Positions 19,112 through 29,196 of a DNA stretch of 64,000 nucleotides are shown here, piece after piece. Every line of letters begins with the position of its first letter. Position 1 is the stretch's first letter. This DNA is from a virus. The notes beneath the pieces were generated by a model. The model was not told where the DNA came from. It worked only from the letters and a program-made list of their open reading frames with translations, and did not search any database. Position numbers and translations under genes: made by a program. The stretch is from IMG/VR virus record IMGVR_UViG_3300036715_002570, positions 86,678-150,677 of that record, one strand, 5' to 3'.

Positions 19112-21358
19112 ATGAAAGTCCACCAAGTAGAATTAGAGATTGAACGCTCCGGCATTGAGGCCGAGGGCAAGTTCAAGATGAAGGCTACGGCCAAGGCGTT
19201 TGATATTCTGTCGAGCGCCCTGTACTCAGACAAGATCCTCGCTGTCATCCGCGAGCTCTCTTGTAACGCGTACGATAGCCACGTTGCTGCTGGGAAGCAG
19301 AACGTGCCAATCGAGATTCACCTGCCGACGATGTACGAGCCAAAGTTCTATGTTAAGGACTTTGGTACTGGTCTGTCACACGAGGATGTGATGGAGATGT
19401 ACACAACGTACTTTGACTCATCAAAGACGGAGAGTGACGAGTACATCGGCCAGCTTGGCCTGGGCAGCAAGTCTCCGTTCAGCTACTCAACAACATTCCT
19501 TGTTGCTAGCCGGTTCAACGGCACGCTTCGACAGTACACATGCTTCAAGGATGAGAACAACATGCCGTCAATCGCTCTGCTTGGTGAGGAACCAACGGAG
19601 GTGTGCAATGGTCTGCAAGTGACGCTTGCCGTCCGCACATCCGACTGCGAGAAGTTCCTGACGGCGGCGCGGAAGGCGTTGATGTACTTCGACCCAGTGC
19701 CTGACGTTAAGGGTGTGACGGGGTTCAGGCCATATTCGATGACGCATACGGTGCGTAGTGAAGATTGGCGAATTCGTGACACAGAGTACTGGGCTGGTAT
19801 GTCTGGCGCACACGTCGTTCAAGGGTTCGTTACATATCCTGTTGATGCTGAGCAGCTAACAGCTCAGGGAATGTCCGCTGTTGCCAGTGCGATCGCTGCA
19901 ACAGACATTGACATGTATGTGCCGATCGGTAAGGTTGAAACAGCTGCATCACGTGAAGCTCTATCGTATGACAAGCGGACCGTTACAAACCTTATCGGGG
20001 TGTTCGAGAAGGCAGCCGCAGAGATGAGGCAATCATTCCAGAAGGAATTTGACGCCTGTACGACGCAATGGCAAGCCGCTAGCTTGCTCGATCGTCTCGG
20101 GAACAGTGGAGGCGACAAATTCAAGGCGCTGTTCAAGAAGTTCCATAAGGAGCAGCCATTCACTTGGAACGGTGAGGAAGTATCGACCGAGATTGTCCTC
20201 AAGCTAGACGCAATCAAGGAAACGCAGGTAATTCGGCAAGGTGTCACCCGACGTCGCTCGTCCACCAAGACTGTGATCAACAGCACGTGGCACCCTGCAA
20301 CATCCTCAGCACTGCACGTATTTAACCTGCAGGCGAACACGTTTGTTGTGTTTGACGACATGCCAAAGAATGCCGTTGAGACGCTCCGCACATGGATCTC
20401 CAACCGCCCTCAAGAGGGAGGACGAGCGGCATCAGCTATCGTCCTCCGTCCTGTGACGAAGACACAGTACAACCAAGCTGAAATGGATGCGATCGTTGAT
20501 GCTCTTGGGGGGCCTCCTGCGATCAAAGTGTCTGCAATGCCTCAGGTCGTACGACACACCAACCGCTCGTCCTCGTCTGAGCACTCGTCTCGAAGCCGCC
20601 GCAAGAAGACGGAGAAGTTGGTGTGGAACGGATTCAGAACATCGGAGCGCCCAGGCCAGCGGAAGTTCTCGTATCTAACGTGGGAAACAAAGGAGATTGA
20701 CCTCAACGCAGGAGGCTTCTACGTTGAGATTGAGCGTCACAGCGTCTTGTCTCAACACGGCGTAGATGGTGTGTATATGCAGGAGATCGTCAAGCTTGGC
20801 CGAGCGTTGGGATACATTGATGAAGATGTCGACATCGTTGGTCTGACCCGGAAAGACCTGGAGACCATTGATCCCACCATCTGGACAAATGCGTTCGAGT
20901 GGGTCAAAAGCGAGTTTTTGCGCAACAACGCAAACGGTGAACTACTAAGTAGGCAGATTGCTGATAGTGTGTTTTCAGCAATTGGCCACCACGTGCTGAC
21001 GTTCTTTGTTAAGCCGTGGGACAAAGTCGAACCAAAGCTCGTCGATGGCCCGTTCAAGCGAATGATTCAAGAGTTGGTTGAGCTGGAGGCCACAGCGGGG
21101 AAGTTCCGGTCTCATGACGTGGCAACGTTGATGCAGGTGTTCCGCCAGGCGGCGCCACCGACCGTAGCGGAGCGAATCCAGGCGATCCAAAAGAAGTGGG
21201 AGACGGTGGTCAAGAAGTACGAGATGTTGCAGTACATCAACATGCGGTACTACCTGAACAACGACTCCTTCAAGACGATTGTTAACTACATTAACCTTGT
21301 TGACAGTCAACAAAAATCTGCTGATAGTCAGCAATCACAACAAGAAGGAACAGCATGA
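19112..21358 (+). CDS. rIIA: RIIA protein (GHKL ATPase N-terminus)
   Basis: LYSDKILAVIREL.CNA.D, DFGTGL, IGQLGLGSKSPF, SREALSY. Confidence 0.9.
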   Translation: MKVHQVELEIERSGIEAEGKFKMKATAKAFDILSSALYSDKILAVIRELSCNAYDSHVAAGKQNVPIEIHLPTMYEPKFYVKDFGTGLSHEDVMEMYTTYFDSSKTESDEYIGQLGLGSKSPFSYSTTFLVASRFNGTLRQYTCFKDENNMPSIALLGEEPTEVCNGLQVTLAVRTSDCEKFLTAARKALMYFDPVPDVKGVTGFRPYSMTHTVRSEDWRIRDTEYWAGMSGAHVVQGFVTYPVDAEQLTAQGMSAVASAIAATDIDMYVPIGKVETAASREALSYDKRTVTNLIGVFEKAAAEMRQSFQKEFDACTTQWQAASLLDRLGNSGGDKFKALFKKFHKEQPFTWNGEEVSTEIVLKLDAIKETQVIRQGVTRRRSSTKTVINSTWHPATSSALHVFNLQANTFVVFDDMPKNAVETLRTWISNRPQEGGRAASAIVLRPVTKTQYNQAEMDAIVDALGGPPAIKVSAMPQVVRHTNRSSSSEHSSRSRRKKTEKLVWNGFRTSERPGQRKFSYLTWETKEIDLNAGGFYVEIERHSVLSQHGVDGVYMQEIVKLGRALGYIDEDVDIVGLTRKDLETIDPTIWTNAFEWVKSEFLRNNANGELLSRQIADSVFSAIGHHVLTFFVKPWDKVEPKLVDGPFKRMIQELVELEATAGKFRSHDVATLMQVFRQAAPPTVAERIQAIQKKWETVVKKYEMLQYINMRYYLNNDSFKTIVNYINLVDSQQKSADSQQSQQEGTA

Positions 21359-22332
21359 ACTCTATGATCCGTACTCAATCCGGCTTATCGCTGGTAGTCA
21401 ACAATCAGCCATTCACGATTGACAGCACACACATCAATTACAACGACATTGTTGATGCTATCCGGGAAGGTCGTTGGAATGATGTTCCCGATCTGGTCTC
21501 AATCACCAAGTCGTTGCAAATCCATCTGGCCAAGCCAGAAACCAACGTTCTTGGCCTGCGCGTCGCCAACGACCGTTTGTACTACAACAACGAGGGAGTA
21601 GAAGGCGTGATCGCTGACCGAATCCTCGCAATGCGTGCTGACGGTTTCGATCTACGCTCAATGGACCTGTTCCTCGGCAATCTGTACCAAAATCCGTCGA
21701 ATAAGGCGATCAAGCAGCTATATAGTTGGATGGAGAAGAACGGAATCACGATCTCCGAAGATGGCCATCTGCTAGCGTACAAGCGTGTGTGTGACGATTA
21801 TACGTCATTCCACGATGGTGTTACGAAAAACAATGTTGGTCTGATTGTTGAACTGCCTCGCAACAAGTGCGATGACCGCAGCGAAGTGACATGTTCTACT
21901 GGTCTGCATTTCTGCTCACAAGCGTACCTGCCGCACTACTCTGGTGGTGCTGGCCGCGTCCTGTTGTTGAAGATCAACCCACGCGACGTGGTGTCGATCC
22001 CAACGGACTACAACAACGCCAAGGGTCGCGCTTGCAAGTACCTCGTCCTGACAGAACTGCGAAACGATGCGCGGGCGACAATCGAAGTCAAGCCTGTACT
22101 GACGCAGCCTGTTATCCTCGAGGAACGCACGGAAGAGGTCGCTGAAGTTGGCGATTCGTTCAAGGCTGGTTACGCCGATGGTTATAAGGACGGTCGCGGC
22201 AAGAAGGCGTACGGCACATCTGCAAACGGCAACTTCCTCAACGCTGTCGAGGCTGAGACAAGGAACAAGTACACGGAAGGTTACCAAGCTGGGCGCGTCG
22301 ACGGCCGCAACAAGGCACCAAAGGCATACTGA
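21355..22332 (+). CDS. rIIB: RIIB protein
   Basis: NL.QNPS, DGHLLAYK, CSTGLH, INPRDVVSIP.DY. Confidence 0.92.
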   Translation: MNSMIRTQSGLSLVVNNQPFTIDSTHINYNDIVDAIREGRWNDVPDLVSITKSLQIHLAKPETNVLGLRVANDRLYYNNEGVEGVIADRILAMRADGFDLRSMDLFLGNLYQNPSNKAIKQLYSWMEKNGITISEDGHLLAYKRVCDDYTSFHDGVTKNNVGLIVELPRNKCDDRSEVTCSTGLHFCSQAYLPHYSGGAGRVLLLKINPRDVVSIPTDYNNAKGRACKYLVLTELRNDARATIEVKPVLTQPVILEERTEEVAEVGDSFKAGYADGYKDGRGKKAYGTSANGNFLNAVEAETRNKYTEGYQAGRVDGRNKAPKAY

Positions 22333-22367
22333 CCGAACTTGTAAATAGCCCATAAAATGATGCTAAT

Positions 22368-22600
22368 ATGAATTGTGAAGTCCGAAGCTCACCAATCCAC
22401 GGTGTTGGTGTATTTGCGACGCAGCGTTTGAAACGTAATGACTTCCTGATGATGTACACAGGAGAACGAATCAATAGTGAAGAGGCAACGCGACGCCACA
22501 ACATATCCCCGGATGGGTTTATTGACGGGGCGCCGTTGGAGGTAACTACGGCAGCAGTCTGAACCACCTATGCAGTCCAAACTGCGCAACCGGGTACTAG
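22368..22600 (+). pseudogene. broken SET-domain methyltransferase
   Basis: SPIHGVGVFA...YTGE in the start frame; GGN...LNHLCSPNC in a shifted frame after the G4 run at 22527-22530. Confidence 0.75.
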
Positions 22601-22611
22601 CTGTGAGGTTG

Positions 22612-23253
22612 TCACACACCTGGGTGCTGGACACCCTGATAGTACATGTCGACTGCGAGTCGGATAGCGGCTATTCTTAGCTGGTCCTTCTCGTAGATCG
22701 ACATTTCCTTTTTGCTGTACAGCACGATGTAGCCGGTGACGCGCCCATAGTATGGTGGAATAGGAACACGACATGTGGTGTGAATGATGTTCCGCAGACC
22801 GTACTGTCTCGTGAAGATGCTTTCGCCAGAGTTACACGTGAACTGATTGCTGAGCAGAGAGGAAATCTCAGAATTGCTCTCTATGTCAGACGTAAACAAC
22901 GGCTGCGGCTTTTCGGGGGGGTGTGCAATCTGTTCCTGCACTTTCGCTTCGAGCGCCTTATCATTGAACATCCGAAGCATGTTCGTTCGCGTGTTGTGAA
23001 CCATATCAAAGTTGACAACACCAACAACGTCAATATCTGGATGCGTCTTCAGAAATTGCTGAACGATCAGTACGCTGTTGGGAGTCAATTCCAAACGATC
23101 ACCTACTGACATGATAAACGGAGGCGGATTGGATTCCGTCACACTTTGAAAGTACGCTATCTTAGCGCCGTATAAGATGAAGATCGTTGCCAGCATTACG
23201 GCAAAAACGACTGAAGTGACCAACTGCGTCAGCGTGATGTTACGAAACTTCAT
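22612..23253 (-). CDS. single-TM protein with periplasmic GAF-like domain; T4 T-holin-like candidate
   Basis: N-terminal TM; CRVPIPPYYGRVTGYIVL; near rII. Confidence 0.5.
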   Translation of the reverse strand: MKFRNITLTQLVTSVVFAVMLATIFILYGAKIAYFQSVTESNPPPFIMSVGDRLELTPNSVLIVQQFLKTHPDIDVVGVVNFDMVHNTRTNMLRMFNDKALEAKVQEQIAHPPEKPQPLFTSDIESNSEISSLLSNQFTCNSGESIFTRQYGLRNIIHTTCRVPIPPYYGRVTGYIVLYSKKEMSIYEKDQLRIAAIRLAVDMYYQGVQHPGV

Positions 23254-23728
23254 GCGAGGGCCCTGCTGTTGGTTGGACCATAAGTACAATCACGGCTGTT
23301 GCTGTCGCCGCAATCGCTGACATGATTCCTGCAATGAACCCAGCGACGTGCCACCATCCACCGTACATAATTATACCAATTGATGATGCACTGACAGCCG
23401 CTGTTGCAATCAGCTGTGCACCTATCGAGCAAAACACAAACTTCAATGCACGCGATTGCAGTACGGCGCAGTGGCGGATTGCAGCGATGCCAACGATTAG
23501 GTTCATTATCCCTGTGATAATGTGGCCAGCTGTTCGGCCAGAGATGATCCAACCAGTGTCTGATAAGCTGTAAATGAAATTGATTGGTGGCAACTGGCCA
23601 ATTGCACCCATTGATACAGGCGTAACAGACAGCAAGCTCGATACAAGAATGCCAAGAATGATCACCTGGACCACTAAGATGACAAAGACGGTAGTAGACC
23701 AATTGAATGGTGGTGGTGGTCGGTCCAT
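23240..23728 (-). CDS. multi-pass membrane protein
   Basis: hydrophobic segments; AGGAAG RBS and TAAATA upstream. Confidence 0.6.
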   Translation of the reverse strand: MDRPPPPFNWSTTVFVILVVQVIILGILVSSLLSVTPVSMGAIGQLPPINFIYSLSDTGWIISGRTAGHIITGIMNLIVGIAAIRHCAVLQSRALKFVFCSIGAQLIATAAVSASSIGIIMYGGWWHVAGFIAGIMSAIAATATAVIVLMVQPTAGPSHEVS

Positions 23729-23844
23729 TAAACACTTCCTAAATTCGTTCTGATTATTTAGTAGGGTGGGCACTGTTGACCTATCGAAAAAGGTCATATA
23801 TTGTTGAGCACAAATGCTCATAAATTACAATGAGGAGCGCAGAG

Positions 23845-24681
23845 ATGCCACTACCAACACAATTCCAAAAAGTACAGCGGTACCCCGTCAACACACAAGG
23901 CAAAGACTACGTTGTTGGTGATATCCACGGGATGTATGAGACACTGCTGACGGTGCTGACAGAGCTGAAGTTTGACGGTCGAGTTGATCGTCTGTTTTCC
24001 GTTGGCGACTTGGTTGATCGTGGTCCTGATAGCCAGAAGTGCGCTGAACTGATCTACGAAAGCTGGTTCTATGCTGTTCGCGGCAACCACGAACAGATGA
24101 TGATCGATGCTCTGGTCAAGGATGACCAGAATTCTGCGGCATTATGGGCGTGGAACGGAGGTCAGTGGGGGATCTACGGAACTCCTGATGAGCAAAACGG
24201 GCGAAGACTGCTCGCCGCCGACCTTGATCTGCTGCCACTCGTGATCGTTGTTGGTGAAGGAGATCACCGGTTCAACGTTGTTCACGCAGAGATGATCCAC
24301 CGCGAGTATGGTGAGAATGATGGGTACTACGGCGTTATTCCGCTGACGGATGCGATGATCGACAACTGGGTGTTCAACTCCAGTGAGGAGAACGGTCTGA
24401 TCTGGGGTCGTCAAATGATCTCTGGCGATCCTGTCTCCAACCGTGCTCACAACATGGTCAATATGTCGCTGACGTTCGTTGGGCATACCCCTGTCCGTGA
24501 GCCGATTCGTGTACAGAGGCAGATCTATCTTGACGGCGGCGCTGTGTTTGCGCAACGTAGTCCAAGCCACGAGAACTCAATGATCATTGCCTGCCCGCAC
24601 GATAACGAACTACACGTGTTCCGAGTTGTTCCGCGCACGCTGGAGACGATCAAGTTTACGGACATCACTGTTGGGACGTAA
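23845..24681 (+). CDS. Ser/Thr metallophosphoesterase (NinI/PphA-like)
   Basis: GDIHG, GDLVDRG, RGNHE, GHTP. Confidence 0.92.
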   Translation: MPLPTQFQKVQRYPVNTQGKDYVVGDIHGMYETLLTVLTELKFDGRVDRLFSVGDLVDRGPDSQKCAELIYESWFYAVRGNHEQMMIDALVKDDQNSAALWAWNGGQWGIYGTPDEQNGRRLLAADLDLLPLVIVVGEGDHRFNVVHAEMIHREYGENDGYYGVIPLTDAMIDNWVFNSSEENGLIWGRQMISGDPVSNRAHNMVNMSLTFVGHTPVREPIRVQRQIYLDGGAVFAQRSPSHENSMIIACPHDNELHVFRVVPRTLETIKFTDITVGT

Positions 24682-24694
24682 GTAAATAGGTCGT

Positions 24695-24904
24695 ATGAAC
24701 CAAATTGCAACACCTGTCATACATCCAATAGCAATAGGAGTGCCTGTGAAGGCACTCCGTCCGTCTTGTGCATGCAAAGGTGCCAAGATGCAACATGTCA
24801 ACGGCAAAGTAATGAAGGTAATCCACAACAATAGTGGATACTGGTACTACTTGACGTCCGGCGTCACAGTCCGAGGTGACTGGATCCAGTCAGTTGGTGA
24901 TTAA
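24695..24904 (+). CDS. small SH3-like hypothetical protein
   Basis: 69-aa ORF after TAAATA. Confidence 0.5.
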   Translation: MNQIATPVIHPIAIGVPVKALRPSCACKGAKMQHVNGKVMKVIHNNSGYWYYLTSGVTVRGDWIQSVGD

Positions 24905-25170
24905 CTGCTGCTGAGCTTGACAGCGATCCGCTGCACAGATCGGCGCGGAATATGTGTGACAACGCTCGTCTTCGCGTCCCATAGCTGGAATGTCTCCAGC
25001 TCCCCGTCCATAAAACTGGCGATCTCAGCCGCAACGGTGTTGTACACGGTGGCTGGGATTGGTGAGCTGACCAACGGGAGCTGCTCTCCCACGAGGTATA
25101 CATGCACAGCAAACGACTTGCTGTCGTTTGATGCATTTAGGTAGCTATCGAAGTTCTGGAAGTAACTCAT
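24901..25170 (-). CDS. hypothetical protein
   Basis: AAGGA RBS, ATGA overlap. Confidence 0.6.
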   Translation of the reverse strand: MSYFQNFDSYLNASNDSKSFAVHVYLVGEQLPLVSSPIPATVYNTVAAEIASFMDGELETFQLWDAKTSVVTHIPRRSVQRIAVKLSSS

Positions 25171-25412
25171 GTCGTCGTTTTCCTTTTGACGAGGATCACC
25201 TTTGCCAGGTAAATCCAAATGAACACGTTGACGACTGGCACAAGCAACAAGATCGCAACGGCAATAACCAACGGATGCAACATCGTCTTGCCGTGATCGC
25301 CGTCTACGAAGTCAATGTACGTAAAGTACAGCAAGAACGCGCTCATAATAACGGCTGACAACAGGACGTATCCTGCCGTCATCAATGCCAAACCGTTCCA
25401 TAGTAGATTCAT
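25167..25412 (-). CDS. two-TM membrane protein
   Basis: hydrophobic ORF, ATGA overlap. Confidence 0.6.
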   Translation of the reverse strand: MNLLWNGLALMTAGYVLLSAVIMSAFLLYFTYIDFVDGDHGKTMLHPLVIAVAILLLVPVVNVFIWIYLAKVILVKRKTTT

Positions 25413-26074
25413 GACGGCAGGACCAGTTGATCAACGGATACCCAACGACGATCACCTGATTGGTCAAGTGCTTCAATCAGCACTTGCGCACAACCAAACA
25501 TTCCGTTGTCGATCACTTGCACAATCACATATTGCTTGCCATCGAGGACGACTTGCTCACCGGCAACACCAAGAGCCGGTTTGCCAGCAACAGCGGGTCG
25601 CTCAACGGGGCTGGTTACAACAATCTGGTCATACTGAGCCTGCCCGAAGCAGAACACGTACCAGATGTTGCCATCAGTGCCAAGAATGTGATCAATGAAG
25701 ATCCGCGTCTGCACGTCGTATTCAACAACCTCTTCTGTGTCACTTTGCAGTGCAAACACATACATCGGCCCGTCACCAAATGGCTTCGCTGCCGCTGGCA
25801 GCGTTGGGTTTACGTAGAAGCTCATCTCAATCCGCGGACCAATCTCAGACTGGGGGTCGTCGTGGACCCACACCTTTGACGGTAGGTATCCACGGACGCG
25901 TGGATCGTCAACGGTGAACAACTGCACCTGCACGTTCCGCTCCGGCTCGTATTTGTCGCTAACGATGTCGAAGTGAGTGGACACCTTCGTCCGCTTGAAT
26001 AGCGTGACATCGAGGCGGACAATCTGCATCGTGTGCAGAGCGTGCTGTTGTTCAAACGTCGGTAACTGTGTCAT
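25409..26074 (-). CDS. hypothetical protein
   Basis: AAGGA RBS before MTQLP. Confidence 0.65.
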   Translation of the reverse strand: MTQLPTFEQQHALHTMQIVRLDVTLFKRTKVSTHFDIVSDKYEPERNVQVQLFTVDDPRVRGYLPSKVWVHDDPQSEIGPRIEMSFYVNPTLPAAAKPFGDGPMYVFALQSDTEEVVEYDVQTRIFIDHILGTDGNIWYVFCFGQAQYDQIVVTSPVERPAVAGKPALGVAGEQVVLDGKQYVIVQVIDNGMFGCAQVLIEALDQSGDRRWVSVDQLVLPS

Positions 26075-26280
26075 TTGCTGTTCCTTAACTGGCAGTGCGT
26101 AACATAGCACCGCCCTTTATACGATCCGCCGTACTTATTGCCGCTAGTGCAGCGGTTGTCCTATAGCATCGGTGCAATTCGGTCAACAACGTGTTCGCCA
26201 CGTATCGTCGTAATACGACATCTTTCGATCGAACTTGCCGGTTGCAATCCGCAGTAACGCGTCAAAGTAGTCCTTGTTGA

Positions 26281-26487
26281 TCATTGCTTGTCCCTGATTA
26301 CGTTTTTGTCGTCGAGCCACGCATGGCACGCATACCATTTGCCGCCAACCCATACCCGTTTGTGCAGATCGCACTTCGGCGTCGGCCGGCCAGTTGTGTT
26401 ATGACCATCTTCTAGGTGGTTGAATTCGATCGGCTCACCCTTTCGCTGGCGGGCCCAAAGTGTCACTGGCTTCATTTCACCACCCAC
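26281..26487 (-). CDS. hypothetical protein
   Basis: ORF in minus-strand cluster. Confidence 0.45.
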   Translation of the reverse strand: MGGEMKPVTLWARQRKGEPIEFNHLEDGHNTTGRPTPKCDLHKRVWVGGKWYACHAWLDDKNVIRDKQ

Positions 26488-26626
26488 GGCGAACGCCTGC
26501 TCGCTCCTTCATCTTCGCCACCCGGATCCCAACCCACGTCAGGAACACCCAGCTAATCCCGATTGTGACGCCACCACCGCCACCAAGCAGCATTAGGAAG
26601 ATAACGATTTCAATACCTGGACTCAT
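26477..26626 (-). CDS. small membrane protein
   Basis: MSPGIEIVIFLMLLGGGGG. Confidence 0.45.
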   Translation of the reverse strand: MSPGIEIVIFLMLLGGGGGVTIGISWVFLTWVGIRVAKMKERAGVRRGW

Positions 26627-26969
26627 GGTACAATGTTCTCCAAAACGTAGTGAATACCGAGTGGAACTGCAACAACCAACAGTCCCCAAATCACCGGATC
26701 GAACAAGGGGACCGCATGAACGACGGCGCTACCGACCAACATTGCGGAAAAACGAAAACGCGCGGCTACCAGTTGCTCCGCCGTAGTTCATGTCAACAAC
26801 AGCCTGGCTGATCACCATCGCAAAAAGCGAATACATCAGCCAGCACATCGCCGGCCCGAACACTGTGTTATCATTCATAGTTGTTCTCCCACACTGTAAC
26901 ATGCCTGCGCCGCAGGTGCAAACGGAGGAAAGTCACTGGGCGGCGGGTAGTCACCAATTGGTTGTGGCG

Positions 26970-27137
26970 TCATTGCTCTATCTCCTGGTAAATTGTGTCA
27001 ACAATCGCTGCAACAACTTCCAGCTGAAGCATGATCACCGTTTCCCACGCAGCACTGGTTGTCCTCCGGTCCCGTACAATGTTAAGCAGCTGCTCGATCT
27101 CCCGATCAGCCGCATCTAAAGTTTTCTCTGTAATCAT
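26970..27137 (-). CDS. small helical protein
   Basis: ATGA-coupled to the restored poly-G gene. Confidence 0.5.
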   Translation of the reverse strand: MITEKTLDAADREIEQLLNIVRDRRTTSAAWETVIMLQLEVVAAIVDTIYQEIEQ

Positions 27138-27297
27138 GGCATCCAAATCCATTCCAGTAGGCACCCAGCTACACCAGCCAGATTAACCAAGCCAAACCAC
27201 CCAGCCCAGAACGACACGTTCTTGCTGACCCCCCCCCCCCCGGATACGCCCACGTAACCAATCCGATCATCGCTAGCAACGTAAACGTCAGCATCAT
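27134..27297 (-). pseudogene. small membrane gene frameshifted at a G13 tract
   Basis: C13 at 27229-27241; G11 or G14 restores a two-TM ORF ending in an ATGA overlap with the next gene. Confidence 0.55.
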
Positions 27298-27680
27298 TCG
27301 TATGATCAATTCGCTCGCCAAGTCAGTCCCCTGGGTGAGCCGGAACCCCGTCGTGCGGAGCCGGAACCGTAACTACTGTATAACCCGCAATATGATATGT
27401 CAACGAATAGTATAGGGGAGCGTAATCAGTGACGCCCGTAACACCGTACATTCCGCCGGGGAAGTTGTACGCAATTGGTCGTTGCCGGACTGCAACGTGA
27501 CAGCCCGGATTACCCACATAATCTGCGGGGAAGCAGTCGTTCTGCACGGGTGTTTACTAGTAGACATTTGAGCAAAAGTGATCACTCAACTCCGCCACAT
27601 TGTTGCTGATTTTCGCATAATGGGAACCACACCCAAGGGGAGGTAGTTCGTCATTATTGCGTTATATCCGCGTAATCTAC

Positions 27681-27865
27681 CCGTGGTCTCTGTTGATTAG
27701 TGCTGTTTTTAGCCATAATCAACATGATCTACCGGCGGATTATGTGCATAATCAACATGATCTGCACCGTGGTCTCTGTTGATTAGTGCTGTTTTTAGCC
27801 ATAATCAACATGGTCTGCACCGTGGTTACTAGTAAACATTGCTGTTTTAGCAACAATCAACACGG
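27681..27865. repeat. 46-bp direct repeat x2 (27681-27726, 27767-27812) plus partial/degenerate copies, with internal inverted repeat
   Basis: ccgtggtctctgttgattagtgctgtttttagccataatcaacatg. Confidence 0.9.
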
Positions 27866-28307
27866 TTAACCCTATTGTCTCTCGACAATCTATAGGGTTA
27901 TGACCAGTTTACAATCAGTTCTGTGAAAAACAGCATGGCCGATTTTACCGCAGATTCATGCGATTTCGGTGTGTTTTGAACCCGGGGCGAACAGACGTTT
28001 TGTCAACGCTTCGTGATCATGAACGTATGGCCGTCGGCAATGAACATCTCACAGACGTTCCTTCCGTCTCGATCATAGAAGTCAACGGTCCAAATGTCAT
28101 CGAACCGCTTGTTTGTGCTGTAAGATTCACCTTAAATGTCGTGTGTAACAAGCGCTCCCGCGCTGAGAACACTGATTTGGTATTTTTGCATTGTTTGTCC
28201 AGTCGTATTAGCGTCCGTTTAAGCAATAATCAACGCATATCTATTGTACATTATTAACCAATTTGACGTCAACGGCTGGTCGGTCACAAGTGACAGTGCG
28301 GGTTTAC

Positions 28308-28363
28308 ACCCACAATATGGGGCTTTCTACCCACAATATGGGTGTTTCCACCCACAATATGGG
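28308..28363. repeat. three iteron-like 14-mers at 21-bp period
   Basis: acccacaatatggg at 28308, 28329, 28350. Confidence 0.9.
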
Positions 28364-28705
28364 TGGTTAGCCCCCTGGGGAAAGCACCCACGATTGCCCC
28401 GTTGACCGGCAATAACCGTCGTCTTTGGGCGCTTGCCCCGTTGACCATCGTGTTCTGCCCGCTCATTACGCTCATTCTCACTTATACAGGGCGACCTCTC
28501 AAACTGTAACCAAGTCAACATGTACAAAGAGAACCCGACTTTTCCAAATGTCAACAGGGCAACCAAAAAGTTACACGCATCTGACATTATACATCAAGCG
28601 GTGTACAATCGTCAACTGAGGGTAAAATCCCATGCCAACCACTGCGTTTTGGGTGATACTCTCGGTTGGGATGGTGCGAGTTGCCGGGGGAGAAAAACAG
28701 ATAGG

Positions 28706-28761
28706 TGCTTTCGCCGTCCATCCCCCGTAGCTGCGGTTCGAATCAGTATGTGTATCATAGC
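28706..28761 (+). repeat. 56-bp exact direct repeat, copy 1
   Basis: identical to 29197-29252. Confidence 0.92.
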
Positions 28762-28849
28762 AGGTTCGTGCGGTGGTGGTGATCGGTGGAAACCCTCACG
28801 CTGCAGTGTAGCTGATGCTGTATCATAGAGGCTCCACAACAAGGAGCTA

Positions 28850-29140
28850 ATGATGAAGATGAAGATGAAGATGAAGATGAAGATCAAACCGGAACACTAC
28901 GAGCACCTGCGTGCCGCAGCGGCGGCATACGTTGAGCAGGCTGGCCGCGCCCGCATTGCTGCTTATAAACAGCAGCTCAGCAGCGATCAGCGGGTCAAGG
29001 ATGTCGACATGCGGCTCGGGTGGGATATGCTGCGCGCAACGGTGCCGTATGCATGGGTCTGCGACAACCTGTATCCGTATATCAACGACACTCACATCGA
29101 CATCGCGCTGCGCGCGATCGTCGCTGAGCTGAAGCTGTAA
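28850..29140 (+). CDS. first gene of the early-type array; (ATGAAG)5 at start
   Basis: AAGGAG RBS; microsatellite 28853-28882. Confidence 0.75.
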   Translation: MMKMKMKMKMKIKPEHYEHLRAAAAAYVEQAGRARIAAYKQQLSSDQRVKDVDMRLGWDMLRATVPYAWVCDNLYPYINDTHIDIALRAIVAELKL

Positions 29141-29196
29141 CGGCAACCCCAGGGGGCGCTCGCGAGCGCCCCCGTTGCGATACTGTGACAGACGTC

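Noticed and set aside
27681-28363. CRISPR-like array
   Set aside because: Only 2-3 repeats, spacers missing or 7 nt long, no cas genes.
28706-28761. tRNA gene (GGTTCGAATC)
   Set aside because: No acceptor, D or anticodon stems; I found no canonical tRNA in the window.
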